Of a stretch of DNA of 50,204 nucleotides, positions 18,153 to 30,623 are shown piece after piece. Each line of letters begins with the position of its first letter. Position 1 is the stretch's first letter. The position numbers and the translations under genes were made by a program. Source of the stretch: Actinomycetota bacterium (lineage in GTDB: Bacteria > Actinomycetota > JAUVYG01); the NCBI GenBank assembly GCA_030603185.1, contig JAUVYG010000003.1:1-50204 (forward strand), read 5' to 3'. The notes below the pieces were generated by a model that saw only the letters and a program-made list of their open reading frames with translations, was not told the DNA's origin and made no database searches.

Positions 18153-18656
18153 CTACGGAGCGAGAAGCTCCTTAACCGTCTTGCCTCGGGTCTCAGCAAC
18201 CTGGGCGGCAGTTCGAAGACTCTGTAGTCCTTGAACAGCACCTTTCAAAAGATTGATGGTGTTCGTTGTGCCCAGCGACTTGGCGAAGATGTCACCAATC
18301 CCGGCAAGCTCAAGTACTGCTCTTACCGGCCCACAGGCGATTATACCTGTACCAGGTGCAGCGGGTTTCAGCATCACTTTCGCCGCATCTGAGCGTCCAA
18401 TGATGGCATGAGGAATGGTCGATCCCACGCGTGGCACCTCAAAGAGGTTCTTCTTGGCCTCTTCTATGCCCTTCTGAATGGCAGTAGGAACTTCGTTGGC
18501 CTTTCCATAGCCAATTCCGACGCGACCGTTCTCGTCCCCAACTACGACAAGAGCGGTCAGCTTAAAGCGACGACCGCCCTTGACCACCTTGGAAACACGA
18601 TTGATCGCTACTACCTTCTCTTTTAATCCTTGATCGTCCGATTTACCAAATGCCAA
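18153..18656 (-). CDS. rpsE: 30S ribosomal protein S5
   Basis: [21 protein letters not shown]. Confidence 0.99.
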   Translation of the reverse strand: MAFGKSDDQGLKEKVVAINRVSKVVKGGRRFKLTALVVVGDENGRVGIGYGKANEVPTAIQKGIEEAKKNLFEVPRVGSTIPHAIIGRSDAAKVMLKPAAPGTGIIACGPVRAVLELAGIGDIFAKSLGTTNTINLLKGAVQGLQSLRTAAQVAETRGKTVKELLAP

Positions 18657-18667
18657 GCCATATCCTC

Positions 18668-19036
18668 CTAAAAAGTGAGACCCTTGTCTCTAGCACCATC
18701 TGCAAGTGCCTTTATCTGGCCGTGAAACTGGAATCCACCGCGGTCAAAAACCACAGTCTTGATACCCTTTTCACCAGCTCGCGCTGCGACCAGTTCTCCT
18801 ACCTTCTGCGCCGACTCGATGTTCCCACCGGCAGGGAACTCCTTGCGAAGCTCAGCTTCAACAGTTGAAGCTGACGCTATCGTCACTGAACTAATATCAT
18901 CGATCAGCTGTGCGTACACATGATCGTTGCTCCGGAAAACGGCCAAACGAGGCTTTTCAGCCGTTCCTGAAACCTTCTTCCTGACTCGTATATGACGTTT
19001 TTTTCTTGCTTGCGCTTTACTAAGTTTTGAAGCCAA
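18668..19036 (-). CDS. rplR: 50S ribosomal protein L18
   Basis: [19 protein letters not shown]. Confidence 0.99.
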   Translation of the reverse strand: MASKLSKAQARKKRHIRVRKKVSGTAEKPRLAVFRSNDHVYAQLIDDISSVTIASASTVEAELRKEFPAGGNIESAQKVGELVAARAGEKGIKTVVFDRGGFQFHGQIKALADGARDKGLTF

Positions 19037-19057
19037 CTCTGTCTCCTAGGCTCAATG

Positions 19058-19594
19058 TCACTTGGCGGCTTTGCCGGCCTTGCGACGTACGTGTTCATCA
19101 ACATATCGGATACCTTTGCCCTTGTAGGGCTCAGGAGGCCGGATTTTCCTGATGTCAGCTGCTACCTGACCAACCAGTTGCTTGTCAGCACCCTTGATCA
19201 CAATTCGAGTCGGCTGCGGGACCTCGATATCGATACCGGATGGAGCCTCAACATGAACTGGGTGAGAGTAGCCTGCGGCCACCTCGAGCGTCTTGCCCTT
19301 CATCTGCGCCTTGTATCCAACGCCGACCATATCAAGAGACTTATCGAAGCCCTGTGTAACACCCTCGACCATGTTCGCAATAAGTGTGCGAATCAAACCA
19401 TGAAGGCTTCGAAAAAACCTCTCATTGTTCGGTGGCTCTACGGTTGCCACTCCATCCGCAACGGTGATCTTCATTTCAGGATTGACCTGCTGAGTCAGTT
19501 CCCCCTTGGGCCCCTTGACTGTAACAGTCCCATTTTCAACTTTTACCTCTACTCCGCTAGGAATAGTTACTGGTTGCTTACCGATTCGTGACAT
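19058..19594 (-). CDS. rplF: 50S ribosomal protein L6
   Basis: [21 protein letters not shown]. Confidence 0.99.
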   Translation of the reverse strand: MSRIGKQPVTIPSGVEVKVENGTVTVKGPKGELTQQVNPEMKITVADGVATVEPPNNERFFRSLHGLIRTLIANMVEGVTQGFDKSLDMVGVGYKAQMKGKTLEVAAGYSHPVHVEAPSGIDIEVPQPTRIVIKGADKQLVGQVAADIRKIRPPEPYKGKGIRYVDEHVRRKAGKAAK

Positions 19595-19606
19595 AGATAC
19601 TCCTTA

Positions 19607-20005
19607 TCACCACACGAAGCAGACTACTTCGCCGCCAAGCCCGTGCCTGACCGCCTGCTTACCTGTGAGTATCCCTTTTGATGTAGAAATAATTGCCACA
19701 CCAAGACCACCGAGAACTCTCGGGACTTCATCCTTCTTTGCATAAACCCTTAGTCCAGGCTTACTGATGCGCTTGATTCCCATGAGGGCGCGGTCACGCT
19801 TCTGACTGTACTTGAGGTCTACGCGCAATGTCTTATGGACACCGTCCTCGAGCACCTCAAAGTCATTCACATAACCCTCTTCTTTAAGGATTCGAACGAT
19901 CTCGTTCTTCATATTCGAGGCCGGGATATCCACGGTCTCTTTCTGAGCCCTACTTGCATTTCGAATGCGAGTAAGAAGATCAGCTATCGGATCTGTCATT
20001 ACCAT
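19607..20005 (-). CDS. rpsH: 30S ribosomal protein S8
   Basis: [24 protein letters not shown]. Confidence 0.99.
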   Translation of the reverse strand: MVMTDPIADLLTRIRNASRAQKETVDIPASNMKNEIVRILKEEGYVNDFEVLEDGVHKTLRVDLKYSQKRDRALMGIKRISKPGLRVYAKKDEVPRVLGGLGVAIISTSKGILTGKQAVRHGLGGEVVCFVW

Positions 20006-20017
20006 TTATCTATCCCC

Positions 20018-20203
20018 TTACCAGCTGGCCTTGGCTACACCCGGGACCTCGCCACGATGGACGAGCTCACGAAGGCAGATCCTGCATAGGCCGAACTTGC
20101 GGTAGTATCCATGAGCCCGGCCACAACGCTTACAGCGGTTGTAGCCTCTTACCGCGAACTTTGGTTCCTTCTTCTGTTTGTTTAGTAAGGCTTTTTTAGC
20201 CAA
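20018..20203 (-). CDS. rpsZ: 30S ribosomal protein S14, Zn-binding type Z
   Basis: 61 aa, RCKRCGR...LCRIC. Confidence 0.98.
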   Translation of the reverse strand: MAKKALLNKQKKEPKFAVRGYNRCKRCGRAHGYYRKFGLCRICLRELVHRGEVPGVAKASW

Positions 20204-20221
20204 CTGACCCTCCTTGAGTCT

Positions 20222-20788
20222 CTAGACTGCCGCTCGGGCTGTCTTACGTTCCTTGAGCGGCATGCCTAGCTTCTTAAGTAGCGTGTAGCATGCGTCATCA
20301 TTCTCTGCCGTAGTCACAATCGTAATATCAAAACCGATGGTCTTGTAAAGGTTGTCGTAGTCAATCTCAGGGAAGACCAACTGCTCGGTGATACCGAGTG
20401 AGTAGTTACCCCTTCCATCAAAGGACGTCGAACGCAGTCCTCGAAAGTCTCGAATCCTTGGTAGTGCAGTCGACACTAGTCTGTCGAAGAACTCCCACAT
20501 CATGTCCCCGCGCAGCGTCACTCTGACACCGATGGGCATATCTTCTCGCAATTTGAATCCGGCTACAGATTTCTTTGCTCTGGTTATTACAGGCATTTGA
20601 CCGGTAATGCTCGCCATGTCCTGCACTGCGGCGTCAAGGAGCTTTGCGTCCTTCGCCCCCTCACCAAGGCCCGAATTCATCACGATCTTAGTGAGTCTTG
20701 GGACCTGCATCGGATTTGCTAGACCGAGTTCCTTTTGGATCTCGACGAGTAATTCCTTGTTGAACTTTTCTTTCTTCCTGGGCATCAT
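20222..20788 (-). CDS. rplE: 50S ribosomal protein L5
   Basis: LPRIRDFRG, FDGRGNY, EQLVFPEI. Confidence 0.99.
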   Translation of the reverse strand: MMPRKKEKFNKELLVEIQKELGLANPMQVPRLTKIVMNSGLGEGAKDAKLLDAAVQDMASITGQMPVITRAKKSVAGFKLREDMPIGVRVTLRGDMMWEFFDRLVSTALPRIRDFRGLRSTSFDGRGNYSLGITEQLVFPEIDYDNLYKTIGFDITIVTTAENDDACYTLLKKLGMPLKERKTARAAV

Positions 20789-20804
20789 GTTCGTCTCCTC
20801 CGCC

Positions 20805-21140
20805 CTAGACCGTATCCATGTCTTCGCTGCAATTGCGACAGACCCGGATCTTCTTACCTTCGTCGTCTACCCGAGCTCCCACTCGTGATGGTTCACCACA
20901 ACTAGGACACACTGGCATCACATTTGAAGCGTCTATGGCCATTTCCTTCTCGACGATGCCACCCTGTGGGGTCTTCTGACTAGGCTTAACAGCCCTCTTA
21001 ACCCGAGCGACACCTTCAACGGTCACTTTCCCCGTGTCAGGGAATACCGCGAGGATCTTGCCTCGTTTGCCTCGTTCTTTTCCGGTGATCACTTCGACTC
21101 TGTCACCAGTTTTGAGCCTGAATTTAAGCTTACTCGCCAT
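20805..21140 (-). CDS. rplX: 50S ribosomal protein L24
   Basis: GDRVEVITGKERGKRG, GGIVEKE, CPSC/CRNC. ATG 21140 fits SD AGGAG better than GTG 21146. Confidence 0.97.
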   Translation of the reverse strand: MASKLKFRLKTGDRVEVITGKERGKRGKILAVFPDTGKVTVEGVARVKRAVKPSQKTPQGGIVEKEMAIDASNVMPVCPSCGEPSRVGARVDDEGKKIRVCRNCSEDMDTV

Positions 21141-21148
21141 TTTCACTC

Positions 21149-21517
21149 CTAAAGGACTTCCGGCGCGAGCGAGATGATCTTCATGTAGTTCTTCTCTCTT
21201 AGCTCTCTCGCAACTGGTCCGAATATTCTTGTTCCGAGCGGGCTACCCTGCTCGTTCACCAGAACTACCGCATTCTCATCGAAGCGTATGTACGTGCCAT
21301 CCGACCTGCGTGTATTCCTCTTGCTACGTACAAGAACACCGCGAACGACCTCACCGCGCTTAACCGCGCCACCAGGCGTGGCCTCTTTCACGGTACATAC
21401 CACGAGGTCTCCGATTCGCGCATAACGCCTACCGGATCCACCTAGCACCCTGATAACCAATATTTTTTTCGCCCCGGTGTTGTCTGCGACTTTACACCTG
21501 GATTCTTGCTGAATCAC
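21149..21517 (-). CDS. rplN: 50S ribosomal protein L14
   Basis: [28 protein letters not shown]. Confidence 0.99.
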   Translation of the reverse strand: MIQQESRCKVADNTGAKKILVIRVLGGSGRRYARIGDLVVCTVKEATPGGAVKRGEVVRGVLVRSKRNTRRSDGTYIRFDENAVVLVNEQGSPLGTRIFGPVARELREKNYMKIISLAPEVL

Positions 21518-21548
21518 TGTTTCCTCACAATTCCTTTAGCGCAACAGG

Positions 21549-21815
21549 CTATTTAGCCTGCTCAACAATGTCTGTAACTCTCCACCGCTTCTGTTTGCTC
21601 AGCGGTCGAGTTTCGATGATCTTCACTAGATCGCCTTCATGCGACTGATTCGCTTCATCATGTGCGTACATCTTCGATGTTCTGCGAATAATCTTCTTGT
21701 AACGCTTGTGCTTGAACGTGTGCTCGACTGCGATGACTCTGGTCTTGTCCATCTTGTCGCTGACCACACGCCCAATGCGCGTCTTCCTGCTGGTGCGTTC
21801 TTCCATATCTGGCAT
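21549..21815 (-). CDS. rpsQ: 30S ribosomal protein S17
   Basis: [21 protein letters not shown]. Confidence 0.99.
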   Translation of the reverse strand: MPDMEERTSRKTRIGRVVSDKMDKTRVIAVEHTFKHKRYKKIIRRTSKMYAHDEANQSHEGDLVKIIETRPLSKQKRWRVTDIVEQAK

Positions 21816-21824
21816 ATACCTTTC

Positions 21825-22028
21825 CTACTCCGACCTAATGCCCAGCTCGAACTCGCGCTGTGCGGTGAGGAGCCTTGCGAGCTGCCTCTTGATATCGCGG
21901 AGTTTCATTGGATTGTCCAGCTGTCCGGTGGCGTGCTGGAACCTTAGGTTGAACAACTCCTCTTTGGTCTCTTTCATCTTCTCTTCAAGCTCGACCTTGT
22001 TGAGCTCCTGAATCTCACTACTCCTCAC
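21825..22028 (-). CDS. rpmC: 50S ribosomal protein L29
   Basis: [14 protein letters not shown]. Probable GTG start at 22028 overlapping the rplP end. Confidence 0.96.
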   Translation of the reverse strand: MRSSEIQELNKVELEEKMKETKEELFNLRFQHATGQLDNPMKLRDIKRQLARLLTAQREFELGIRSE

Positions 22029-22443
22029 GGCCAGCCTCCTCACGCTTGACGAAACGGCACTTGACCGGAAGCTTGTGCATTGCCAGCCTCATAGCCTCAC
22101 GAGCAGTCGCCTCATCAACACCAGCGAGTTCAAACATCACACGGCCTGGCTTTACCACGGCGACCCAATGCTCCGGATTACCTTTACCTGAACCCATTCG
22201 GGTCTCAGCGGGCTTCTCCGTCACAGGCTTGTCTGGGAAGATATTGATCCATACCTTACCTCCACGCTTGATGTACCTGGTCATCGCGATACGAGCAGCC
22301 TCAATCTGGCGGTTGGTGATCCAGCCGCAGTCGTAAGACTGAAGTCCGTACTCACCAAAGTTCACGCTGGTCTGGCCTGCGGACATACCGCGCCTACGAC
22401 CACGATGAACCTTGCGGTGCTTGACCCTCTTAGGAAGAAGCAT
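22018..22443 (-). CDS. rplP: 50S ribosomal protein L16
   Basis: [11 protein letters not shown] (ATG 22443), [17 protein letters not shown]. Confidence 0.99.
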   Translation of the reverse strand: MLLPKRVKHRKVHRGRRRGMSAGQTSVNFGEYGLQSYDCGWITNRQIEAARIAMTRYIKRGGKVWINIFPDKPVTEKPAETRMGSGKGNPEHWVAVVKPGRVMFELAGVDEATAREAMRLAMHKLPVKCRFVKREEAGREE

Positions 22444-23182
22444 CCGAAGCCCCCTTGCGAGGCGCGTTGTTCCTGTTCGGTCCGCCTGGGCGGCCACCAG
22501 GCTTCGGACCACGGCCGCCAGGTGCTTTTACGTCAGCTGACCTGTCGCGACGATTACCGATGACCTCGCCCTTATATATCCAGACCTTGACGCCGATGCG
22601 ACCAAAGGTCGTGCGAGCCTCGTACAATCCATAGTCGATATCCGCGCGAACAGTGTGCAATGGTACGCGACCCTCGCGATACCACTCACGGCGAGACATC
22701 TCCGCTCCACCCAATCGGCCAGAGCACTGAATCTTAACGCCTTCAGCACCAGCTCGAAGAGCCGACCATACGGCCTTCTTCATAGCTCGACGGAAGCTTG
22801 CGCGCGCCGATAGTTGATCGGCAACACCCTTAGCTACTAGAACAGCGTCGAGTTCAGGGCGAGATACTTCCAATACGTTCAGCTGAACGTGCTTGTTGTT
22901 GGTGAGCTTCTCGAGGGAACCTCTGAGTTTGTCTACCTCGGAGCCTCTTTTGCCGATAACGACACCCGGCCTTGCGGTGTGTACATCGACACTAAGGCGA
23001 TTCGCGGCCCGCTCGATCTCGATCTTTGAGACCGCAGCATGCGGTAGAGCATCATCGAGCATCTTGCGAATCTCAATGTCCTGCTGGAGGAACTTACTGT
23101 AATCCTTTGTTGCGAACCAGCGCGACTTCCAGTCGTTTATTATCTTAAGTCTAAATCCGGTCGGGTTGACCTTCTGTCCCAT
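22430..23182 (-). CDS. rpsC: 30S ribosomal protein S3
   Basis: [26 protein letters not shown]. Confidence 0.99.
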   Translation of the reverse strand: MGQKVNPTGFRLKIINDWKSRWFATKDYSKFLQQDIEIRKMLDDALPHAAVSKIEIERAANRLSVDVHTARPGVVIGKRGSEVDKLRGSLEKLTNNKHVQLNVLEVSRPELDAVLVAKGVADQLSARASFRRAMKKAVWSALRAGAEGVKIQCSGRLGGAEMSRREWYREGRVPLHTVRADIDYGLYEARTTFGRIGVKVWIYKGEVIGNRRDRSADVKAPGGRGPKPGGRPGGPNRNNAPRKGASDASS

Positions 23183-23526
23183 CAGGCCTCCTCTTGGCCG
23201 TCGTCAACGACCACAGTGACGTGGCTCGTACGTTTTCTAATAATGTCTCTGGACCCACGAGCTCGTGGCTTGATCCTCTTGGCATCAGGACCCTGGTCGA
23301 CGATCAGGTTACGAACGAACAATTCGCTCGACCGTGACTCTCCGTCTTGATACGCATTTGCCTGTGCAGCTGTTACCAGCTTGAACAGGACCTTCGCTCC
23401 GCCTGTGGGGGAGAAACGAAGAATTGAGAGCGCCTCGTTTACCTCGCGTCCCTTCACCATGTTTGCAACACGACGAATCTTCAGCGGGGCAATACGCACG
23501 TATCGCTCCTTAGCAGTCGCTTTCAC
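23182..23526 (-). CDS. rplV: 50S ribosomal protein L22
   Basis: PRARG...[10 protein letters not shown]; synteny. Confidence 0.97.
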   Translation of the reverse strand: MKATAKERYVRIAPLKIRRVANMVKGREVNEALSILRFSPTGGAKVLFKLVTAAQANAYQDGESRSSELFVRNLIVDQGPDAKRIKPRARGSRDIIRKRTSHVTVVVDDGQEEA

Positions 23527-23543
23527 TACCTAATTCCCTTCCT

Positions 23544-23825
23544 TTACCGGACCCTAGAGGATTTATCTTGCCCGGCATGACCCTTGAAGGTCCTGGTCGA
23601 AGCAAACTCTCCGAGCTTGTGGCCGACCATGCTCTCGCTGATGTAGACCGGAACGTGCTTACGTCCGTCATGCACAGCAATCGTATGACCCACCATCTCA
23701 GGTGTTATGTCAGACCTTCTCGCCCAGGTCTTGAGCAGTCTCTTCTCGTTCTTCTTGTTCATCGCCTCAACGCGTGCGAAAAGCTTTTCGTCAACGTAAG
23801 GTCCCTTTTTTAGTGATCTAGTCAT
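23544..23825 (-). CDS. rpsS: 30S ribosomal protein S19
   Basis: [16 protein letters not shown]. Confidence 0.99.
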   Translation of the reverse strand: MTRSLKKGPYVDEKLFARVEAMNKKNEKRLLKTWARRSDITPEMVGHTIAVHDGRKHVPVYISESMVGHKLGEFASTRTFKGHAGQDKSSRVR

Positions 23826-23837
23826 AATGCTCCCTTC

Positions 23838-24659
23838 TTACTTCTTACGACGCCGGACGATCAGACGATCAGACGGCTTGGCTTTCCTGGTGCGGTAGCC
23901 GATGGTAGGTATTCCCCAAGGAGTCGTCGGAAGATGCCCCTTGGATTTACCCTCACCACCACCATGTGGATGGTCTACCGGATTCATTACAGTTCCACGC
24001 ACGGTCGGACGACGGCCCATGTGGCGCTTACGTCCGGCCTTACCTACAGAAATAACGTCGTGTTCACCGTTGCTAAGCGGACCGATAGAGGCGCGACACT
24101 CGATTCGCACGAGCCTCATCTCGCCCGACGGAAGCCTAAGCTGAGCGTAGTCGCCCTCTTTAGCCATCAATTGAATCGCGGTACCAGCCGAACGACCGAG
24201 CTTTCCACCTTGACCCACTTGAAGCTCAACATTATGAATGATGGTACCTAGTGGAATGTTCTTAATCGGAAGGCAGTTACCCGGGCGAATGTCCGCCTCC
24301 GGACCATTCTCGACTGTGTCGCCCTCTTTAAGAGCGGCAGCAGCCAGGATGTAACGCTTCTCACCGTCTGCGTAAACAAGAAGGGCGATGCGCGCCGACC
24401 GGTTCGGGTCGTACTCGATGCTAGACACCCTTGCAGGTATTGCATCCTTCGTCCTCTTGAAATCAATAATGCGATATCGGCGCTTATGTCCACCACCGAT
24501 ATGGCGAGTGGTAATGCGCCCGTTCACATTTCGTCCGCCGGTCTTCGAGAGGGGGGCTATCAGAGACTTTTCCGGAGACTTTTTGCTGAGGTCGCTCATG
24601 TCTACGTTTGTCTGGAATCTTCTTCCCGGAGATGTAGGCTTATATCTTTTTATTGCCAT
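23838..24659 (-). CDS. rplB: 50S ribosomal protein L2
   Basis: [22 protein letters not shown]. Confidence 0.99.
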   Translation of the reverse strand: MAIKRYKPTSPGRRFQTNVDMSDLSKKSPEKSLIAPLSKTGGRNVNGRITTRHIGGGHKRRYRIIDFKRTKDAIPARVSSIEYDPNRSARIALLVYADGEKRYILAAAALKEGDTVENGPEADIRPGNCLPIKNIPLGTIIHNVELQVGQGGKLGRSAGTAIQLMAKEGDYAQLRLPSGEMRLVRIECRASIGPLSNGEHDVISVGKAGRKRHMGRRPTVRGTVMNPVDHPHGGGEGKSKGHLPTTPWGIPTIGYRTRKAKPSDRLIVRRRKK

Positions 24660-24725
24660 CGTACTGTCTTACCCTTCATGTCATGACCACGGTTCCGGGC
24701 GTATCTATACGCCCTTGCCGAGTCT

Positions 24726-25016
24726 CTAGGCCTGTCCGCCTTCGAATACTTCGATTCTGTCGCCCTCGATCAGAGTGACGATTGCCTTCTTCCAACTGCG
24801 CGTGGTTCCTTCGATGCGGCCACGACGCTTCTTCTTGCCATGAACTGGAAGAGTGTTGACCTTTTTAACTTTGACTTCGAAGACCTCTTCGACCGCCTTC
24901 GCGATCTGCTGCTTGTTGGCCCTCTTGTCCACTTCGAAAGTGTACTTGTTCAACTCGATCAACTGGTAACTCTTCTCAGTAATGATCGGACGAACGATTA
25001 TCTCGCGAGCTTCCAT
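24726..25016 (-). CDS. rplW: 50S ribosomal protein L23
   Basis: [15 protein letters not shown]. Confidence 0.98.
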   Translation of the reverse strand: MEAREIIVRPIITEKSYQLIELNKYTFEVDKRANKQQIAKAVEEVFEVKVKKVNTLPVHGKKKRRGRIEGTTRSWKKAIVTLIEGDRIEVFEGGQA

Positions 25017-25637
25017 TTAGCTCATCACCTCTCCGACACGATCCCATGCAGACTCTTGGATGACCACACGGTCTGCCCAGAGAACGTCATAAACATTCAG
25101 TTCAGCGGGCTCAGCAATTCTTACGTCAGGCAGATTCCGAAAAGCACGGCTCGTCAGATCATCGTGACCTTCAACAACCAAAAGTACTTTGCCTTCTTCT
25201 TTGATGCCGGACAGAAAGTTGCGTCCTTCTTTTACTCGTCCTTCTTTAACTCCGAATCCCTGAGCGACTGTTACACGCTCGCCTACGATTCGGTCGGCCA
25301 TGACCTGTCGCATGGCGAGACGTCTCATCTTTTTAGGGAATGCCATCTCGTAATTGCGTGGCTGCGGTCCGAAAACGGTACCACCACCGGTCCAGTTCGG
25401 CTGGCGAATACTACCAGTACGGGCACGTCCGGTACCCTTCTGGCGCCATGGCTTGCGGCCACCGCCTCGCACCATGCCTTTGGTCTTTGTTGCATGTGTG
25501 CCTGCCCTACCGGCAGCCATGAAAGTGCGCACAGCTTGATGAACCGTGGCATCTCCCTTTTTAACTTCATTCAACGCTGCAGGGATATCGGCTTGGCCGA
25601 CTTTCTTCCCCTTAGCATCAACAATTGGTACTGACAT
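25017..25637 (-). CDS. rplD: 50S ribosomal protein L4
   Basis: [28 protein letters not shown]. Confidence 0.99.
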   Translation of the reverse strand: MSVPIVDAKGKKVGQADIPAALNEVKKGDATVHQAVRTFMAAGRAGTHATKTKGMVRGGGRKPWRQKGTGRARTGSIRQPNWTGGGTVFGPQPRNYEMAFPKKMRRLAMRQVMADRIVGERVTVAQGFGVKEGRVKEGRNFLSGIKEEGKVLLVVEGHDDLTSRAFRNLPDVRIAEPAELNVYDVLWADRVVIQESAWDRVGEVMS

Positions 25638-25646
25638 CAGTGACTC

Positions 25647-26279
25647 CTACTCCGCTGCCTTGATGAAAACTACTCCGCCGCTCGAACCAGGGACGGCGCC
25701 CTTGATGGCGAGAACGTTGCGCTCAGCGTCGACTCTTACGACCTGGAGTCCGACGGTCGTTGACCGCTCGTTGCCGTACTGCCCTGCCATCTTCTTTCCA
25801 GGAAAGACACGGGATGGAGTGGCGCTTGCGCCTATAGAACCAGGCTTACGGTGAGCACGATGGGTACCATGCGATGCACCAAGACCATGGAAATTGTGTC
25901 TCTTCATTACTCCGGAAAATCCGCGGCCCTTGGACGTACCCGTTACGGATACAGTCTCGCCGGCCTGGAATGCCTCTACCGTTATCTCACTTCCAAGCTC
26001 GAATGAGGCTGTAGCCTCATCATCCTGGAGACGTAGTTCAACGAGGTGACGCCGGGGGGTAACCCCAGACTTCTCAAAATGCCCCTTCATGGGCTTGTTG
26101 ATTTTTCGCTCAGGTAGCTCGTCATAACCGATCTGAACCGCTGAGTAGCCATCCGTTACGTCGGTCTTGACCTGAGTAACAACACATGGTCCAGCCTCTA
26201 TGAGGGTCACCGGTATCATCTGTTCGTTCACATATATCTGGGACATGCCCAGTTTCTTTCCGATAATGCCTTTTGCCAT
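25647..26279 (-). CDS. rplC: 50S ribosomal protein L3
   Basis: [23 protein letters not shown] 26279 follows SD AGGTGA. Confidence 0.99.
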   Translation of the reverse strand: MAKGIIGKKLGMSQIYVNEQMIPVTLIEAGPCVVTQVKTDVTDGYSAVQIGYDELPERKINKPMKGHFEKSGVTPRRHLVELRLQDDEATASFELGSEITVEAFQAGETVSVTGTSKGRGFSGVMKRHNFHGLGASHGTHRAHRKPGSIGASATPSRVFPGKKMAGQYGNERSTTVGLQVVRVDAERNVLAIKGAVPGSSGGVVFIKAAE

Positions 26280-26288
26280 CTTGTTCAC

Positions 26289-26597
26289 CTAGAGCTTTAT
26301 CTCGATATCGACACCAGCAGGTAGGTCGAGCCTCATTAGAGAGTCAACCGTTTTTGGGCTGGGGTCCATTATGTCTATAAGTCGCTTATGCGTGCGCATC
26401 TCAAAGTGCTCACGTGAATCCTTGTCAACGAATGGTCCCCGGATCACACAGTACAAGCTTCGATCGGTAGGCAAAGGAACTGGACCGGAGATCTTTGCCC
26501 CTGTCCTCTTCACCGTCTCTACGATCTTCTTTGCAGACTGATCGATGATCTCGTGATCATATGCTTTTAGTCGGATTCGTATTTTCTCTTTTGCCAC
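26289..26597 (-). CDS. rpsJ: 30S ribosomal protein S10
   Basis: [27 protein letters not shown]; GTG start at 26597. Confidence 0.99.
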   Translation of the reverse strand: MAKEKIRIRLKAYDHEIIDQSAKKIVETVKRTGAKISGPVPLPTDRSLYCVIRGPFVDKDSREHFEMRTHKRLIDIMDPSPKTVDSLMRLDLPAGVDIEIKL

Positions 26598-26618
26598 TTT
26601 CTTCCTTTGTCTCTCTGT

Positions 26619-26716
26619 CCTTCGCCCGCCCTCCAAAGGAACGGACTTTCTCGGCGAGAATTTCCCACAACCCCTGAGAGAGCGGGTGCGCAGCTACCTC
26701 TCGCGTCATAGACGCT
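26619..26716 (-). ncRNA. Putative structured rpsJ (S10) 5' leader
   Basis: GCGAGA/TCTCGC pairing and a downstream GTCCGTTC/GGGCGGGC hairpin. Resembles the Bacillus rpsJ leader as I recall it (not searched). Confidence 0.55.
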
Positions 26717-26725
26717 TACAGTGAA

Positions 26726-26751
26726 GGGCCCCAGCACCAGTGCCGGGACCC
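26726..26751 (-). terminator. GC-rich hairpin after tuf (weak U-tract; terminator or processing site)
   Basis: GGGTCCCGGCAC-TG-GTGCTGGGGCCC then TTC. Confidence 0.5.
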
Positions 26752-26764
26752 GTATCACATATTT

Positions 26765-27955
26765 CTACTCGATAATTGTGGTTACTGAACCAGCACCCAC
26801 GGTACGGCCACCCTCGCGGATAGCAAACCTCAGGCCTTCTTCCATCGCTATGGAGGAAATGAGATCGACTTCCATCTCAGTATTGTCACCAGGCATAACC
26901 ATTTCCTGGCCACCAGGAAGAGTAACAATACCAGTCACGTCAGTAGTTCTGAAATAGAACTGAGGACGATAGTTGTTGAAGAACGGGGTGTGACGACCGC
27001 CCTCTTCCTTGGAAAGCACGTACACCTGAGCCTTGAACTTGGTATGAGGAGTGATGGTGCCTGGCTTACAGAGAACCTGGCCACGCTCGACATCTTCCTT
27101 GCCAATACCACGAAGGAGTGCACCGATATTATCGCCAGCCTGACCGGAATCAAGCAGCTTGCGGAACATCTCTACGCCAGTACAAACCGACTTCTGAGTC
27201 TCGCGAATACCGACGATCTCGATCTCGTCGTTGACATTGACGACGCCTCGATCTACACGGCCAGTTACAACTGTGCCTCGACCAGTAATTGAGAATACAT
27301 CCTCGATCGCCATCATGAATGGCTTGTCCACGTCACGCACAGGAGTTGGGATGAAGCTATCCACCGCTGCCATAAGATCCATGATCTTATCCTCAAACCC
27401 AGCGTCGCCCTCAAGCGCCTTGGTTGCTGAGCCGTGGATGATCGGGGTGTCATCGCCGGGAAACTCATACTCATTTAGAAGCTCGCGGACTTCCATCTCA
27501 ACAAGCTCAAGAAGTTCCTCGTCATCGACCATGTCTGCCTTGTTAAGGAAAACAACCATGTGCGGCACACCAACCTGGCGGGCAAGCAGAACGTGCTCAC
27601 GAGTCTGTGGCATAGGACCATCAGCAGCGGAGACCACCAAAATGGCACCGTCCATCTGTGCCGCGCCAGTGATCATGTTCTTAACATAGTCAGCGTGACC
27701 CGGGCAGTCGACGTGAGCGTAGTGACGATTCTCAGTCTCATACTCGACATGGGCGGTCGCGATTGTGATACCGCGCTCGCGCTCTTCTGGAGCGTTGTCG
27801 ATGTTCTCAAACGCCTGAGCGCTGTTAACATCCGGAAGACGACGCGATAGAACCGTAGTGATTGCTGCGGTCAGTGTCGTCTTTCCGTGGTCGATGTGAC
27901 CAATGGTTCCCACATTCACGTGGGGCTTATTCCGCTCGAACTTTTGCTTCGCCAT
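26765..27955 (-). CDS. tuf: Elongation factor Tu
   Basis: [28 protein letters not shown]. Confidence 0.99.
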   Translation of the reverse strand: MAKQKFERNKPHVNVGTIGHIDHGKTTLTAAITTVLSRRLPDVNSAQAFENIDNAPEERERGITIATAHVEYETENRHYAHVDCPGHADYVKNMITGAAQMDGAILVVSAADGPMPQTREHVLLARQVGVPHMVVFLNKADMVDDEELLELVEMEVRELLNEYEFPGDDTPIIHGSATKALEGDAGFEDKIMDLMAAVDSFIPTPVRDVDKPFMMAIEDVFSITGRGTVVTGRVDRGVVNVNDEIEIVGIRETQKSVCTGVEMFRKLLDSGQAGDNIGALLRGIGKEDVERGQVLCKPGTITPHTKFKAQVYVLSKEEGGRHTPFFNNYRPQFYFRTTDVTGIVTLPGGQEMVMPGDNTEMEVDLISSIAMEEGLRFAIREGGRTVGAGSVTTIIE

Positions 27956-28007
27956 CCTGTTATCCTCCTGTGGCCTTTCTTCTTACTCGAACATTAACCG
28001 CGGTTTA

Positions 28008-30122
28008 CTATTCACCGCGTGCTTTGGAAATAATTTCAGTCGCAACCGAGGCCGGAACCTCTTCGTAGCGATCGAACTGCATAGTGTAATTCGCACGCCC
28101 CTGCGACAGAGAGCGTAGCTCAGTAGCGTACCCGAACATCTCCGACAAAGGAACCTTGGCGTCTACAACCTGAGCTCCATGTCTCGGATTCATACCTTCA
28201 ACTCGTCCACGACGGGAGTTCAGGTTACCGATAACGTCACCTAGATAATCTTCTGGAGTAACAACCTCGACGCTCATGACCGGCTCGAGGATTACTGCCT
28301 TTCCGCGCTGAGCGCCATCCTTGAGAGCCATGGATCCTGCGATCTTGAAGGCCATCTCGTTAGAGTCGACATCATGGAATGAACCATCGTAGAGCTGGGC
28401 CTTGATATCTACCAGAGGATATCCAGCAATAACGCCGGCTTCCATCGCGTCTCCGATGCCTTTCCTAACAGCAGGGATATACTCGCGAGGAATAGACCCG
28501 CCGACGATCTTGTCTTCGAACACGTAGCCTGTTCCAGGCTCACCTGGCTCGAATCGAACCTTGGCGTGACCGTACTGACCACGACCACCGGACTGCTTGA
28601 CGTACTTACCCTCGGCGTCAACCGCCTTACGTATTGTCTCTTTGTATGCGACCTGTGGCTTACCGATGTTCGCCTGTACTTTAAACTCTCGGAGCAGTCT
28701 ATCTACGATGACCTCCAGATGAAGCTCGCCCATTCCGAGAATGATGGTTTGACCGGTGTCCACATCTGTCTGGACTCGGAAGGTGGGGTCCTCTTCCGCT
28801 AGCTTAGCCAGGGAGTTGGACAGCTTCTCTTGGTCCACCTTGGTCTTGGGCTCGATGGCCACGGAGATGACAGGCTCAGGGAAGACCATGGATTCAAGCA
28901 AGACCTGAGCGTCAGCGTCACATAGTGTGTCGCCAGTAGTCGTATTCTTTAGTCCAACAAAAGCAATGATGTCGCCAGCGGACGCCTCGTCAATGTCCTC
29001 ACGATGGTTTGCGTGCATAAGCAGGATACGTCCCACTCGCTCACGATTCTCTTTTGTGCTGTTCTCAATATAGGAGCCGGACTTGACTGTCCCAGAGTAG
29101 ATGCGGGCGAACCCAAGCTTACCTACGTAGGGGTCAGTCATTATCTTGAATGCAAGTGCTGAAAATGGAGCGTCGGCCGAAGGCTGGCGCTCTAGCGGAG
29201 TCTCTTTGTCCAACTCGGTACCCTGAATCGCACCAATATCCACGGGGGAGGGTAGGTACTTGATAATGTCATCAAGTAGGGGCTGTACGCCCTTGTTCTT
29301 GAAACTCGAGCCGCAAATCGTTGGAGTAATACTCACATTGAGAGTTGCAGCTCGCACAGCGGCCATAACCTCATCAGCAGTGATCTCTTCGCCCTCAAGG
29401 TACTTCTCCATCAGGGACTCGTCCTGGTCCGCGACCGCTTCTAGGAGGTTTGTCCGCCACTCGTCGGCGAGCTCCTTGAATTCCTCGGGAATCTCACCGA
29501 TCTCGAAGTCAACACCATCATCACTGGTATATAGGATCGCGTTCATCTGGACCAGGTCGATAATGCCACGGAAGTTCTCTTCAGCGCCGATGGGAATCTG
29601 GATCGGGACCGGGTTGGCATTCAACCGCTCTTTAATGGTGGAGACACCCCGAAAGAAATCAGCGCCCGTGCGGTCCATCTTATTAATGTAGGCAATCCTT
29701 GGTACACCGTATTTATCGGCCTGGCGCCAAACAGTCTCTGACTGCGGCTCAACACCAGCAACGGAGCAAAATACCGCTACGGCCCCGTCCAGCACTCTTA
29801 GCGATCTTTCGACCTCGACAGTGAAGTCCACGTGGCCGGGTGTATCTATAATATTTATTCGATGATCATCCCAGAAGCAGGTGGTCGCTGCGGAGGTGAT
29901 GGTGATCCCACGTTCTTGCTCTTGGACCATCCAATCCATCGACGCTGAACCGTCGTGAACCTCACCCATCTTGTGAACTCGACCAGTGTAGAAAAGTATT
30001 CTCTCGGTGGTCGTGGTCTTACCTGCATCAATGTGGGCAATGATGCCGATGTTACGATACTTGTCCAGATCCGTCTGGCCAGTATTGCTCTGTGCTTTAT
30101 CTTTTACAACTGCATCTGACAT
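28008..30122 (-). CDS. fusA: Elongation factor G
   Basis: [29 protein letters not shown]. Confidence 0.99.
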   Translation of the reverse strand: MSDAVVKDKAQSNTGQTDLDKYRNIGIIAHIDAGKTTTTERILFYTGRVHKMGEVHDGSASMDWMVQEQERGITITSAATTCFWDDHRINIIDTPGHVDFTVEVERSLRVLDGAVAVFCSVAGVEPQSETVWRQADKYGVPRIAYINKMDRTGADFFRGVSTIKERLNANPVPIQIPIGAEENFRGIIDLVQMNAILYTSDDGVDFEIGEIPEEFKELADEWRTNLLEAVADQDESLMEKYLEGEEITADEVMAAVRAATLNVSITPTICGSSFKNKGVQPLLDDIIKYLPSPVDIGAIQGTELDKETPLERQPSADAPFSALAFKIMTDPYVGKLGFARIYSGTVKSGSYIENSTKENRERVGRILLMHANHREDIDEASAGDIIAFVGLKNTTTGDTLCDADAQVLLESMVFPEPVISVAIEPKTKVDQEKLSNSLAKLAEEDPTFRVQTDVDTGQTIILGMGELHLEVIVDRLLREFKVQANIGKPQVAYKETIRKAVDAEGKYVKQSGGRGQYGHAKVRFEPGEPGTGYVFEDKIVGGSIPREYIPAVRKGIGDAMEAGVIAGYPLVDIKAQLYDGSFHDVDSNEMAFKIAGSMALKDGAQRGKAVILEPVMSVEVVTPEDYLGDVIGNLNSRRGRVEGMNPRHGAQVVDAKVPLSEMFGYATELRSLSQGRANYTMQFDRYEEVPASVATEIISKARGE

Positions 30123-30130
30123 CTATCAAA

Positions 30131-30601
30131 TCACCATTTGTAGTGGGCAAAGGCCCTGTTGGCCTCGGCCATCTTGTGAGTATCTTCCTTGCGCTTGATA
30201 GCTGACCCTGTGCCAGACGCGGCATCCATGATCTCAGACGCAAGTCTTTCAGCCATGCTCTTGCCCTTGCGCTTCTGAGCAAACTCGGTCAACCAGCGAA
30301 TCGCTAGGGTAGTTCCCAGCTTCGCTGGTACCTCGACTGGAACCTGATAGGTAGCGCCACCGACACGACGGGGCTTCACCCTGATCGCCGGCTTAACATT
30401 CTCTACTGCCTTGCGAACCACAGATAGCGGCTCAGAGCCGGTCTTCTCGGCCACAATATCGAATGACTTATAAATAATGGTCTCGGCAAGATTCTTCTTA
30501 CCACTCTTGAGCACCTGGTTAGTGAACTGAGTGACCAGTCGGCTGTTGTAAACCGGATCTGCGATTAATTCTCTTTTCGGAGCGGCACCTCTTCTAGGCA
30601 A
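30131..30601 (-). CDS. rpsG: 30S ribosomal protein S7
   Basis: RRVGGATYQVP, HKMAEANRAFAHY. Confidence 0.99.
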   Translation of the reverse strand: MPRRGAAPKRELIADPVYNSRLVTQFTNQVLKSGKKNLAETIIYKSFDIVAEKTGSEPLSVVRKAVENVKPAIRVKPRRVGGATYQVPVEVPAKLGTTLAIRWLTEFAQKRKGKSMAERLASEIMDAASGTGSAIKRKEDTHKMAEANRAFAHYKW

Positions 30602-30623
30602 CTCTATGTCCTCTCAATCTCTA

